Positions 56,648 to 64,000 of a DNA stretch of 64,000 nt are shown here, piece by piece. The DNA is from a virus, in IMG/VR virus record IMGVR_UViG_3300022188_000006, positions 92,276-156,275 of that record; one strand, written 5' to 3'. Every line of letters begins with the position of its first letter. Position 1 is the stretch's first letter. The notes below the pieces were generated by a model. That model did not search any database. It saw only the letters and a list, made by a program, of their open reading frames with translations, and was not told the DNA's origin. The translations under genes were made by a program, and so were the position numbers.

Positions 56648-56684
56648 GACTATCTCACTATACGGACGGGAAGCAGATTTTCAA
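56648..56684 (-). promoter_or_regulatory. Promoter-like element matching the one at 23081-23116
   Basis: TTGAAA-16-TATAGT-gaGATAGtc versus TTGATT-16-TATAGT-atGATAGac. Confidence 0.45.
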
Positions 56685-57361
56685 GCTGTTTTCCTGCCGG
56701 AGATACCGTCAGCGAAGTAAGCACAGCGCGACGTGTCACGCTCCATCTTGAAAATCGAGCGGATCAAAGGCTCAGCTACACCGCGGATGACCAATGTTCT
56801 TCGACTCTTCAGACCAAGCGGCGCCACAGCGAGTGCGACCGTTCGCGATTTCCCCATGAAGTAGCGGCAGAAACCAATCCTGGAGAAATCGGGAAGAGAA
56901 GCCAGGAAATCGTCTACAGTTTTGGCCAGGTGAGGCTGCGGGCACGAGGCTCTCAACACCATGAGCAAGATATGCACTTCGTCACCAGGCCAGTCCAAGA
57001 GTGTAGCTCCGGTATTCCTGTAGAGTCTGGCTGTGGAGGTAGATGCCTCGTAAGCGAAGCCAACATCGCGCCAACGCAGGCGCCGGAGGACAACTTGCCC
57101 AAAGACACGGGTGCCGCGGAGGGTGTCGCGAAATTCCCGCCACGGAAACGAGACTTTCTCACGAACAAAGGCCGGATCTAGGGAAACCTGATAGCTGAAC
57201 TCAGCAGGCTCACCTGTGCCCTTTCGGCAAGCCACGTGCCCCGGACAAAACCAGTTTCCCATGATCCGAACAGCGAACTCGCACTTGGGGGCAGCTATGC
57301 ACTCTGTGTATTCGACCACGGATTCTCCAGGACCGGTTTCAGGATGGACGGGATTTGGCAA
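56681..57361 (-). CDS. Hypothetical protein
   Basis: ORF in operon; start uncertain. Confidence 0.5.
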   Translation of the reverse strand: MPNPVHPETGPGESVVEYTECIAAPKCEFAVRIMGNWFCPGHVACRKGTGEPAEFSYQVSLDPAFVREKVSFPWREFRDTLRGTRVFGQVVLRRLRWRDVGFAYEASTSTARLYRNTGATLLDWPGDEVHILLMVLRASCPQPHLAKTVDDFLASLPDFSRIGFCRYFMGKSRTVALAVAPLGLKSRRTLVIRGVAEPLIRSIFKMERDTSRCAYFADGISGRKTA

Positions 57362-57717
57362 AGAACGTAGTCGGACTGCATCTTCTTACGTACAATCGTC
57401 GCTCCAACAACAGAAATCTCGCCTGACACGTCTACTGCGACAACTGCGCGGTGCTGGTTGCTGTAGATGTAGAAGCACCTCAGCAAGTGCTGACCAGGTT
57501 CGATTCTGAATTTCACTGTGTCGTAAAGCCAGGGAGCAACTTCCATCCTCAAGTAGTGAACAAGGGCATCCGGTTGTTCGACAGGCTGCCAGCCGCACCC
57601 CTGCTCTAAGAGATGCTTTCTCCAGGAGGGGTCAGAGTAACGAACAATCAAACCGATGTTATGCAGGGCCATGGCCATGGCACGCTCTTGCCAAGTGCAT
57701 TGGACGGCTTCCATCAC
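57295..57717 (-). CDS. Hypothetical protein
   Basis: 140 aa ORF. Confidence 0.55.
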   Translation of the reverse strand: MMEAVQCTWQERAMAMALHNIGLIVRYSDPSWRKHLLEQGCGWQPVEQPDALVHYLRMEVAPWLYDTVKFRIEPGQHLLRCFYIYSNQHRAVVAVDVSGEISVVGATIVRKKMQSDYVLCQIPSILKPVLENPWSNTQSA

Positions 57718-57743
57718 GTGCCCTCAATGTCCAGGGAAATCCA

Positions 57744-58166
57744 TCAGGATATGCCTTTCATCCTGGCCTCGTATCTGATCCAATCGAGATTATCAAGTAT
57801 TTGATCTGCAGGGATCGTCCTACAGGGTTCCTCCGGGCGCGCATACGTCACAGGCATCCCATGTTCCAGAGCAAAGCGCCGTTCTGCTTGTACGCCCTGG
57901 CTCTGAAAGAAACCATCAGGGTCGATAAGAAGGATCCGCAGCTCTGTTGCCCGTTCGAGCATCTGCAGATCCCAAGACACCCAGTTGAAATCTTTGGGGA
58001 TAATTCCCGTCGTCATGCGCAGAAGCGCGGTAGCTTGGACAATGGGCGAAAACACGGGCTGGCCAGTTTCGGCAATAATCCTGGCCGTGGCCAAGGCTGC
58101 GAGCCTTGCTCTTCTGGCCATCACCTCCGGATTAGGATGTCGATAAGGAGATGCAAGGTAAATCAC
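57744..58166 (-). CDS. DUF1937 family (deoxyribosyltransferase-like fold)
   Basis: IYLASPY, VFSPI, W..WD..ML, SQGVQAE..A. Confidence 0.8.
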   Translation of the reverse strand: MIYLASPYRHPNPEVMARRARLAALATARIIAETGQPVFSPIVQATALLRMTTGIIPKDFNWVSWDLQMLERATELRILLIDPDGFFQSQGVQAERRFALEHGMPVTYARPEEPCRTIPADQILDNLDWIRYEARMKGIS

Positions 58167-58183
58167 GCCGGTTTTCCTTCAAG

Positions 58184-58735
58184 TCACGGCACCCGCGGCA
58201 GTCCGAAGTCGCGCTTCTTAATCTTCCCTTTTCTTCCATCTGGATGCCAGAACACGATTCCTTCTATGTCCATGTCGGCCAGCCATTCCCTAAGCTCGTC
58301 GAATGTACGCGGGCAATCGGCAAGAATATCCCGACCGTGAGGGACAAGCACGTGTTCATCGAATCCCTCTGGATTGCCTTGTACTTTTGGGCCACACAGC
58401 TCATAGGTACCATCGGGAGGCGTTCCGATCCTGTCAAGAGCCTCGAAGTAGTATCGGTCGTTGGGATCGCCCATGCGAACAGGAACCCAACCGATTCTTT
58501 TGCCGGTTTCTCGATCAACCTGGACCTCGATGAAGTCAGCGGGCGCCTTCTTCCCGGGGCGAACCTCTCGCCGCTTGAAGCACTGTCCATCCTGTATAAG
58601 CACACATGTGCCGTCGTACTTCCTTGTCGGAAGTCCTTCGCCGCGGAAAACCCAGTCGCAGTCAGGGTGCGGATTCCTTGTGATGCGGGACTTGTTGTCT
58701 AGGTCACGAAGGAAAATAGTGGGAATCTTGCGCAT
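58184..58735 (-). CDS. RNA ligase-like nucleotidyltransferase (DUF5565 type)
   Basis: PTRKYDGT, GTYELCGPK.QGNP, EGIVF, KIK. Confidence 0.8.
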   Translation of the reverse strand: MRKIPTIFLRDLDNKSRITRNPHPDCDWVFRGEGLPTRKYDGTCVLIQDGQCFKRREVRPGKKAPADFIEVQVDRETGKRIGWVPVRMGDPNDRYYFEALDRIGTPPDGTYELCGPKVQGNPEGFDEHVLVPHGRDILADCPRTFDELREWLADMDIEGIVFWHPDGRKGKIKKRDFGLPRVP

Positions 58736-59757
58736 TACTTCTCCGGCAGAGGAACCAGTGGAGCATCCACAGTCTTTGGCTGTCGACCGCTGAGAACGGC
58801 GTTTCCACAGGTAATCATACCTTCGTCCTCATCCATCGAGGGAACAAATACCAGCACGTCGAAGCCATTGGCTTTGAGATCTTCTTCGCACTGCTGATAG
58901 GGTACGTATGAGTGATAACCTTCGGCAGTAGTAACACCAAACTTTGTCGAGGTCGTCGTAACGTGAATTGGGGTGATCTTGCAGATGAAGCGGGCTGGGT
59001 CGAAAAGACGGGCCATTTCTTTGCCATCAACTTCAGTTCCGTCAGCCAGAGCAATGTTCACAGTATATTTGCGACCGACGGGATCAGGCAGCTTACCGGC
59101 AATTTCGGAAATTTCTGCGAGAGACAGAGAACAGCCGTCGAACATATCCTGTCTCTGCTGCTCGTTGGTGGTGTTGATGGACAGTTGCAGGCCGGCGTTT
59201 CCGCCAAAAACTTCGTTTTTGATCTCGCACCACTCCAGCAGGTAATCCAGCAGAGATGTATGCGCCTTGGGCATCATGGTAGAGAGTACGGGATGGACAA
59301 GGCTATTGCGGACGACATCATGCTGCGGAGAACGGATAAGATTCCGCGCATGTTCCAGAACCGCCGGGTTGAACGTGGGCTCTCCCATCCTGGCATAGTG
59401 GATGTTGAGCCTGGCTGTCTTGGTAATATCTGGGAACATCGACAAGGCGCTGGCTACTTGGAGATCCATGTCCGTAACGCTGGCGTTGATACCAGGCCCA
59501 ACCAGGGGCACGTCGCAGAACTTGCACCGCATGGAGCAGCCGTACTGACTAGAAATCGTGACGACCCACTTCTTCGTCAGCGGCATTACCTGCTTGGCTG
59601 TGACACCGTTGATGGGATCCGGCAAGCCAAGGAAATCCGCCTTGATGTTGTGCTCTTTGCCGTAGTCCCCGATGGAAAGGCATTCGAGCTTGCCCTTCTG
59701 ACCTTCAACTATGAGGATATATCCGGTAGGCACACGGATGACTTCCTTGATAGCCAT
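58735..59757 (-). CDS. RlmN/Cfr-related radical SAM protein
   Basis: SSQYGCSMRCKFC, RMGEP, LQLSIN, C-terminal TCG. Confidence 0.85.
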   Translation of the reverse strand: MAIKEVIRVPTGYILIVEGQKGKLECLSIGDYGKEHNIKADFLGLPDPINGVTAKQVMPLTKKWVVTISSQYGCSMRCKFCDVPLVGPGINASVTDMDLQVASALSMFPDITKTARLNIHYARMGEPTFNPAVLEHARNLIRSPQHDVVRNSLVHPVLSTMMPKAHTSLLDYLLEWCEIKNEVFGGNAGLQLSINTTNEQQRQDMFDGCSLSLAEISEIAGKLPDPVGRKYTVNIALADGTEVDGKEMARLFDPARFICKITPIHVTTTSTKFGVTTAEGYHSYVPYQQCEEDLKANGFDVLVFVPSMDEDEGMITCGNAVLSGRQPKTVDAPLVPLPEK

Positions 59758-59783
59758 TTCATTCTCCTATTTCTGTGGAGCCT

Positions 59784-60020
59784 CTAGTCGTCCCTAACTC
59801 CAAGGTGATCAAGTACCTGCCGAGCCATCGCGGGGTTGTATCTGAGGATCATCTTAACGAGTGTGGTAAGGTCGTCAGCATCCAGGATGACATCTCCGAG
59901 GCTCCTGAATTCGACTTCACCGGTGCTGGCATCGAAGAAAACAACGAGATCCGGCTCGCCCTCCTTACCACTGGTGAAAGTGATAGAACTAATCACGGGT
60001 TTCTCCTTTTCCATGCCCAT
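59784..60020 (-). CDS. Small hypothetical protein
   Basis: ORF in operon. Confidence 0.5.
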   Translation of the reverse strand: MGMEKEKPVISSITFTSGKEGEPDLVVFFDASTGEVEFRSLGDVILDADDLTTLVKMILRYNPAMARQVLDHLGVRDD

Positions 60021-60856
60021 ATTCCGGGCGGATCCTTGCTTTCTTCTATGGTGCCGTCGGGCCTGAGCCGGTACCAGTACCCGCTCTTGGCTTCTTTTCC
60101 GACATGTAGCGCCTTGCATATCATTCGTTTAGTGTGCCCGTTCCAGGTGGCTAGCAAAATACAGCCCTCTTGCCCGGCCGAAGCCCAACCTCCATGAACA
60201 GCAACGGCTACGCCGTAGTGACCTGGAGCGGCGGCGCATCCGTCATCAGCGAGCGCACAAGCGTGGCCCGCTGTGCCCTCAGCCAGCGCACAGCTGGACG
60301 ATCCAGCAACAACCGCGTGACTTTGGTAGCCGGTAGCTCTGGCTCCGCTCTCATCACCGCTTGCCAGGGCGTGTGCGCGCCAGCCCTTGGCCAAAGCCTT
60401 GGACTCATCTTGCTTGACATGGGCGTGCTCGTAATCCCCGGAAGTGCGGGAACGACCCCTGTAGGCATTCTCCCCGTAACCGACAATACAAGCCGGATCC
60501 GGGGCGTAACGAGCAAGGAAAGCCGTCGCACTGCGCCGAGTACCGATGTGGACAATGCGGCAGCGTTTACACTTGGCGCCTATCTCCATGTCGACCAATG
60601 GCTTGTGCACTGCCAACACCAGCCAAACGCTCCCACGACGCCAGTTCAGGAGGCTGTAACTCCCTTTGCCCCATGGCAGGTAGTAGAGGCCGTCCCAGTA
60701 CTTATTTGTCGCCGTCCACTTTTCGGCGTGTACCCAGGCACCAACCTTTAGGGGCCATATCATACCTTCGGGGCCGATGCCTTCGGAACTTACGCTTTTT
60801 AACCCGAGCAGTGCATCGCCTGGGAGACGGTTCCAGCTTTTTCCCCGAGGTTTCAT
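59993..60856 (-). CDS. Phage protein with Ala/Gly-rich beta-helical repeats
   Basis: Repeated AxAxGxxxx; C-terminal WYRL..DG; RBS GGAGG. Confidence 0.65.
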   Translation of the reverse strand: MKPRGKSWNRLPGDALLGLKSVSSEGIGPEGMIWPLKVGAWVHAEKWTATNKYWDGLYYLPWGKGSYSLLNWRRGSVWLVLAVHKPLVDMEIGAKCKRCRIVHIGTRRSATAFLARYAPDPACIVGYGENAYRGRSRTSGDYEHAHVKQDESKALAKGWRAHALASGDESGARATGYQSHAVVAGSSSCALAEGTAGHACALADDGCAAAPGHYGVAVAVHGGWASAGQEGCILLATWNGHTKRMICKALHVGKEAKSGYWYRLRPDGTIEESKDPPGIWAWKRRNP

Positions 60857-60915
60857 TCTAGTCCTCCGACGGAGAAACCTTGTACAGAAGAACTAAGCGG
60901 GCAGCCGAACACTTA

Positions 60916-61155
60916 TCAACCGTTCACCAGGGACGGCTGAACGTGGGAACCGCAGCACTTCAGGAAGGGACCAACATCATCAGCATCGCCGGCGAACTGC
61001 AGGACGCAACCATTCGGACATTTCCAGGAGGCATGGCAGTAGGTTGTGCCTGTGTCCTCTCGCCCAACAGTCGCCATCTCGGAGCCTGTTGGGCGCATTC
61101 TGTGCACGTTGAGCAGAATCATCGGCTTGTTATGAATCGGACAAAGTGGTTGCAT
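60916..61155 (-). CDS. Small Cys-rich hypothetical protein
   Basis: CPIH..CPNGC; abuts the upstream stop. Confidence 0.5.
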   Translation of the reverse strand: MQPLCPIHNKPMILLNVHRMRPTGSEMATVGREDTGTTYCHASWKCPNGCVLQFAGDADDVGPFLKCCGSHVQPSLVNG

Positions 61156-61923
61156 CTAGCCATCCCGATAATGCGCTTGGACATACTTCTGAATGTCATC
61201 TCGCAAGAAATCGAAGTAACCACGACACAGGTGACCTTGGTGGTAATGGCTGTCGCAAAACTCAAGCACGTCCTCAGCCGATTCAGGCGTTCGCGTGAGG
61301 ACATCCTCGTACACTTCACAGAGGAACCGCGGCAAGTGCTTTTCGACGGTTCGGTAGTACTCTTCTGATAGCGTGCCTCCGGGTGTCCTGTGAGCGTTGA
61401 TCGCGATCTCAACAGGGTGGAGCAGGCCGCACAACCAACCGGTTTTAACGGCACTTACAAAAAACCTGTTGTAGGCGGAATCCCCAAAAGCAGAGGATTC
61501 TGTCGGCGGAATCTCCGGCGAATCGCTGGCATTGGTCCCGGCAGGAACGCCATAGGCGAAGGAAAGGGTTCGCAGAACGAGCCCGGTTAGGCAGAAGCGC
61601 CGATGACCGCGCGAGCAGGAACATTCCTTGCACGCGGATCCGATCTGTTCTTTCTTGATAACCTGCATGAGTTTGTGGGCGATACTCCTGGCGTCGTTAT
61701 CTCTCCCTTCGGAGTCGGCCAGGGTCAGTTGCGTCGTCAATTTGCTAACGGCACCGGCAGGACAGCCATCTGCGTGATGTACAGAGAACGTGTCCTGGCC
61801 TAACACTGCCGAAGTGCCGCAGAGTGCGCAACCTACGACCTTTCCAGATTCTTTTCTCATCCAGCGTTCGGTGACAAACGCCGCGATCCGGAGCCTAATC
61901 GTGTCGGCAAGGAAATGAGGCAT
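61156..61923 (-). CDS. Hypothetical protein with two Cys/His knuckles
   Basis: CALC..H...C; CKEC..H...C. Confidence 0.6.
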   Translation of the reverse strand: MPHFLADTIRLRIAAFVTERWMRKESGKVVGCALCGTSAVLGQDTFSVHHADGCPAGAVSKLTTQLTLADSEGRDNDARSIAHKLMQVIKKEQIGSACKECSCSRGHRRFCLTGLVLRTLSFAYGVPAGTNASDSPEIPPTESSAFGDSAYNRFFVSAVKTGWLCGLLHPVEIAINAHRTPGGTLSEEYYRTVEKHLPRFLCEVYEDVLTRTPESAEDVLEFCDSHYHQGHLCRGYFDFLRDDIQKYVQAHYRDG

Positions 61924-62125
61924 CAGTGTTTCTCCGCGGACAGCGAGAAAAGAAAATCCTTGGCTTCTTCCAGGTTGTCAAAAGTCACCGCCAAAGGCGT
62001 CTCGGCGGACACCATGTTGACGACGCCGGAAGCTGAAACAAGAAGAAAAGCTGTTGGACACAAGCGATGGTCATTTCCGTCAAAGAGAACGAAATCATGA
62101 CGGCTGGAAGAACGATTCTAATCAC
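61923..62125 (-). pseudogene. Frameshifted, internally deleted paralogue of 62582-62851
   Basis: VIRIVLPAVMI, then in another frame HDFVLFD..FLLVS..MVSAETPLAVTFDNLEEAKDFL; 203 nt, not a multiple of 3. Confidence 0.75.
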
Positions 62126-62435
62126 CTGGGTTCTCTGGTAAATCTGCGGAATCAGCGGATTGTGACTTGGATGAGGCCGGGCACAAACGTGTTTCCTTCT
62201 GCTCGTTCAGGGTAAGATTGCTGACGACGATGGCAAAGTCTTCATCTGCCATATTTTCGCAGGCATCGACAAAGTGGGACAACGTCAAGTCAATGGGCAG
62301 GAAGACTTGGCCGCGTTCAGAACTGCGAGCTTCCATGCAGATCTCACCATCCCTCATCACAACTCTGCACCATTCCAGCAGCCCCTCGACTTTGATGCCC
62401 ATCTGTAGCGCTTTCAGAACAATTGGTGCTTTCAT
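62118..62435 (-). CDS. Hypothetical protein
   Basis: RBS AAGGAG; 105 aa. Confidence 0.6.
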   Translation of the reverse strand: MKAPIVLKALQMGIKVEGLLEWCRVVMRDGEICMEARSSERGQVFLPIDLTLSHFVDACENMADEDFAIVVSNLTLNEQKETRLCPASSKSQSADSADLPENPGD

Positions 62436-62581
62436 AGCGTTATCTCCTTACGTGAGAACCTTGGGTCGCCCGGACTGGCTGTCCTGCAAACGTTGGTGGA
62501 GAGTCCCACACAGCCAACTGATCCGAGCAATGCACAAAAGGCCCCGGGTAGCTCTTGTTATCGCCGGATTGGGCTGTGACT

Positions 62582-62851
62582 CTATTCCTCTGCAACTGCA
62601 ACGAGATCTGATAAGAACTCCTTTGCGTCCTTTAGCTCGTCAAAGTACACGGCCAGAGGTGTTTCGGCAGACACCATGAGAATGTTCGAGCCGGACACAA
62701 GAAGGAAACTGCCGGAGACAAGCGAGACGCGGTTGCCCTGCTCGTCAAACAAGAACAGGTCCTGAACGAGACGATACTGCTTTGTGCCGGTTGGCTTACG
62801 AACTGTAGTACCAAGTGGAATCATGTGCGCTGGAAGGATGATCTTAATCAT
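62582..62851 (-). CDS. Hypothetical protein
   Basis: GGAG before ATG 62851; MIKIILPAHMIPLG... Confidence 0.65.
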   Translation of the reverse strand: MIKIILPAHMIPLGTTVRKPTGTKQYRLVQDLFLFDEQGNRVSLVSGSFLLVSGSNILMVSAETPLAVYFDELKDAKEFLSDLVAVAEE

Positions 62852-63656
62852 GCTGTGCTCCAAGCCCTGGAAGACAATTCCGGCAAGCAAGCTCTTCGGC
62901 GCGGATACGGTCTCGCGCGACGCTAAAATACGCTTCGTCGATCTCTATTCCGATGAAGTCTCTGCCAAGGCGTACACAGGCAACACCGGTTGTTCCACTG
63001 CCCATAGCAAAGTCGAGAACGGTGTGGCCTGGGTTCGTATAGGTACGTACTAGGTATTCAAGCAGTTCCACGGGTTTCTGTGTAGGATGTAATTTTCCGC
63101 TGGAATTGTGAACACACTTAATACCCTGCAAGACGGTATCAGGATTTATCCAATCGTCCTGTCTGTCTAAGTAAAACTCGCGTTGACGCCCATAGACGCT
63201 CGTTTTGCTATTCCTTTTATTCCCTGACTTTCGCTCGGTGGTCCTGGGACGCTTCTGCGGATTGTAGGTACCTCCGAGTTTGTCGCAGAAGATTGAAATT
63301 ATCTCGTGCCCGGTCATGGGTTTCTTGCGCGCATTCAGATTGTCTGATTTCAGGTTTTTCACCCAGATCCAATCGTAGCGGAAATTGGAAAGGTTGCTCA
63401 TACGGAGCAAGCTGCTAAAAGGCTCACTCCCGAACAAGGCAATCACGGCATTCGGCTTTGTCACTCTCCGCAGCTGCGCCCACATTGGTTCAAGAGGAAT
63501 GACAGCATCCCATTTGCAGGCGGTTTTTCCGTATGGCGGATCCGTGATAACGGCATCAACTGACCCTGAGGGCAGAGATTCCATCTGCTCCAAGCAGTCG
63601 CCTAGTAAAAGAAGATTCTTGGACATGTTACCTGTCGACTTGTAATTCCTAGACAC
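62844..63656 (-). CDS. DNA N6-adenine/N4-cytosine methyltransferase (beta class)
   Basis: GDCL, DPPY, HPTQKP, VLDFAMGSGTTG; start may be ATG 63626. Confidence 0.93.
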   Translation of the reverse strand: MSRNYKSTGNMSKNLLLLGDCLEQMESLPSGSVDAVITDPPYGKTACKWDAVIPLEPMWAQLRRVTKPNAVIALFGSEPFSSLLRMSNLSNFRYDWIWVKNLKSDNLNARKKPMTGHEIISIFCDKLGGTYNPQKRPRTTERKSGNKRNSKTSVYGRQREFYLDRQDDWINPDTVLQGIKCVHNSSGKLHPTQKPVELLEYLVRTYTNPGHTVLDFAMGSGTTGVACVRLGRDFIGIEIDEAYFSVARDRIRAEELACRNCLPGLGAQHD

Positions 63657-63743
63657 AGGACACTATCCTGCATGACGCGATGACTCCTTTTGTTCACAGT
63701 ACTTACCGCTTGAGCCTGGATTTTTCAACGGCACGCCGGAAAA

Positions 63744-64000
63744 TCAGAACAACGGGGCGATCTCAGCATGATAGCTGAGTGTGTCCAACCCGCTGACGCA
63801 GGCCATTTGAATACTGACGGAAGCACGCGGCTCTACTTCTCGGGCAGCTTCTACGATCCATTGGCAAAGAGCGAGCTCGTTGTCAACGCTCGCCGAGAGA
63901 TGGCCGGATTTCCTCGTAACGTAGCGTACTGTCGCCTGATTCTCGTGAGAGGCACATCTGTAATCCGTATGGCGGGTCCAGTTTCCATCGGAAAACGAAA
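63744..64000 (-). CDS. 3' end of a hypothetical gene entering from outside the window
   Basis: Open frame from the window edge to TGA at 63744. Confidence 0.3.
   Translation of the reverse strand, partial: SFSDGNWTRHTDYRCASHENQATVRYVTRKSGHLSASVDNELALCQWIVEAAREVEPRASVSIQMACVSGLDTLSYHAEIAPLF

Noticed and set aside
60888-60921. TTGATA-18-TAGTTC as a promoter
   Set aside because: TTGA is explained by the upstream stop codon and the -10 match is poor
1-64000. Stop-codon recoding; tRNA/rRNA genes
   Set aside because: Core genes are intact in the standard code and use all three stops; no cloverleaf or rRNA was seen in the short intergenic gaps (by eye only)

Overview
This is a 64-kb segment of a large tailed dsDNA bacteriophage genome. 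Essentially all real genes are on the minus strand, tightly packed, with TGATG/ATGA overlaps and GGAGG/AAGGAG RBSs, in the standard genetic code; the + strand ORFs are antisense shadows. In the direction of transcription (right to left) there are four blocks. (i) 64-48.4 kb, accessory genes: DNA MTase, RlmN-like radical SAM, RNA-ligase-like protein, a three-domain glycosyltransferase, a permuted GHKL ATPase, MetK, and a zincin with a small partner. (ii) 48.4-20 kb, replication/recombination: an HTH initiator containing three palindromic iterons (probable origin, apparent GC-skew switch), DnaC-like loader, DnaB, SF2 helicase, MoxR-vWA, DHH, ParB-like, RecA, Holliday-junction resolvase, Cas4-like nuclease, actin-like ATPase, Csp, primase, SSB, PolA and class II RNR. 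(iii) 19.8-3.8 kb, a promoter-bounded packaging region where TerS and TerL are interleaved with about 20 small or basic proteins and enzymes (SOD, two PI3/4K-like kinases, nucleotidyltransferase, ChaB, DUF5661). (iv) 3.8-0 kb, a beta-propeller glycosidase-like gene and a >730-aa collagen-like fibre gene that the ORF track missed. The most interesting signal is in block (iii). Many proteins share a helical LxxF..Phi-x-K(A/S/G) motif resembling a prohead-protease site, and several share a 'VGE-x-W...K/R-x-x-D/N-G' hairpin. Both kinases are followed by a homologous ~90-aa partner domain, once as a separate gene and once fused behind an ILK/S site. This suggests a capsid-packaged, protease-matured effector/immunity set; that is inference and needs proteomics. 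All calls are from motif recognition by eye; no searches were run.
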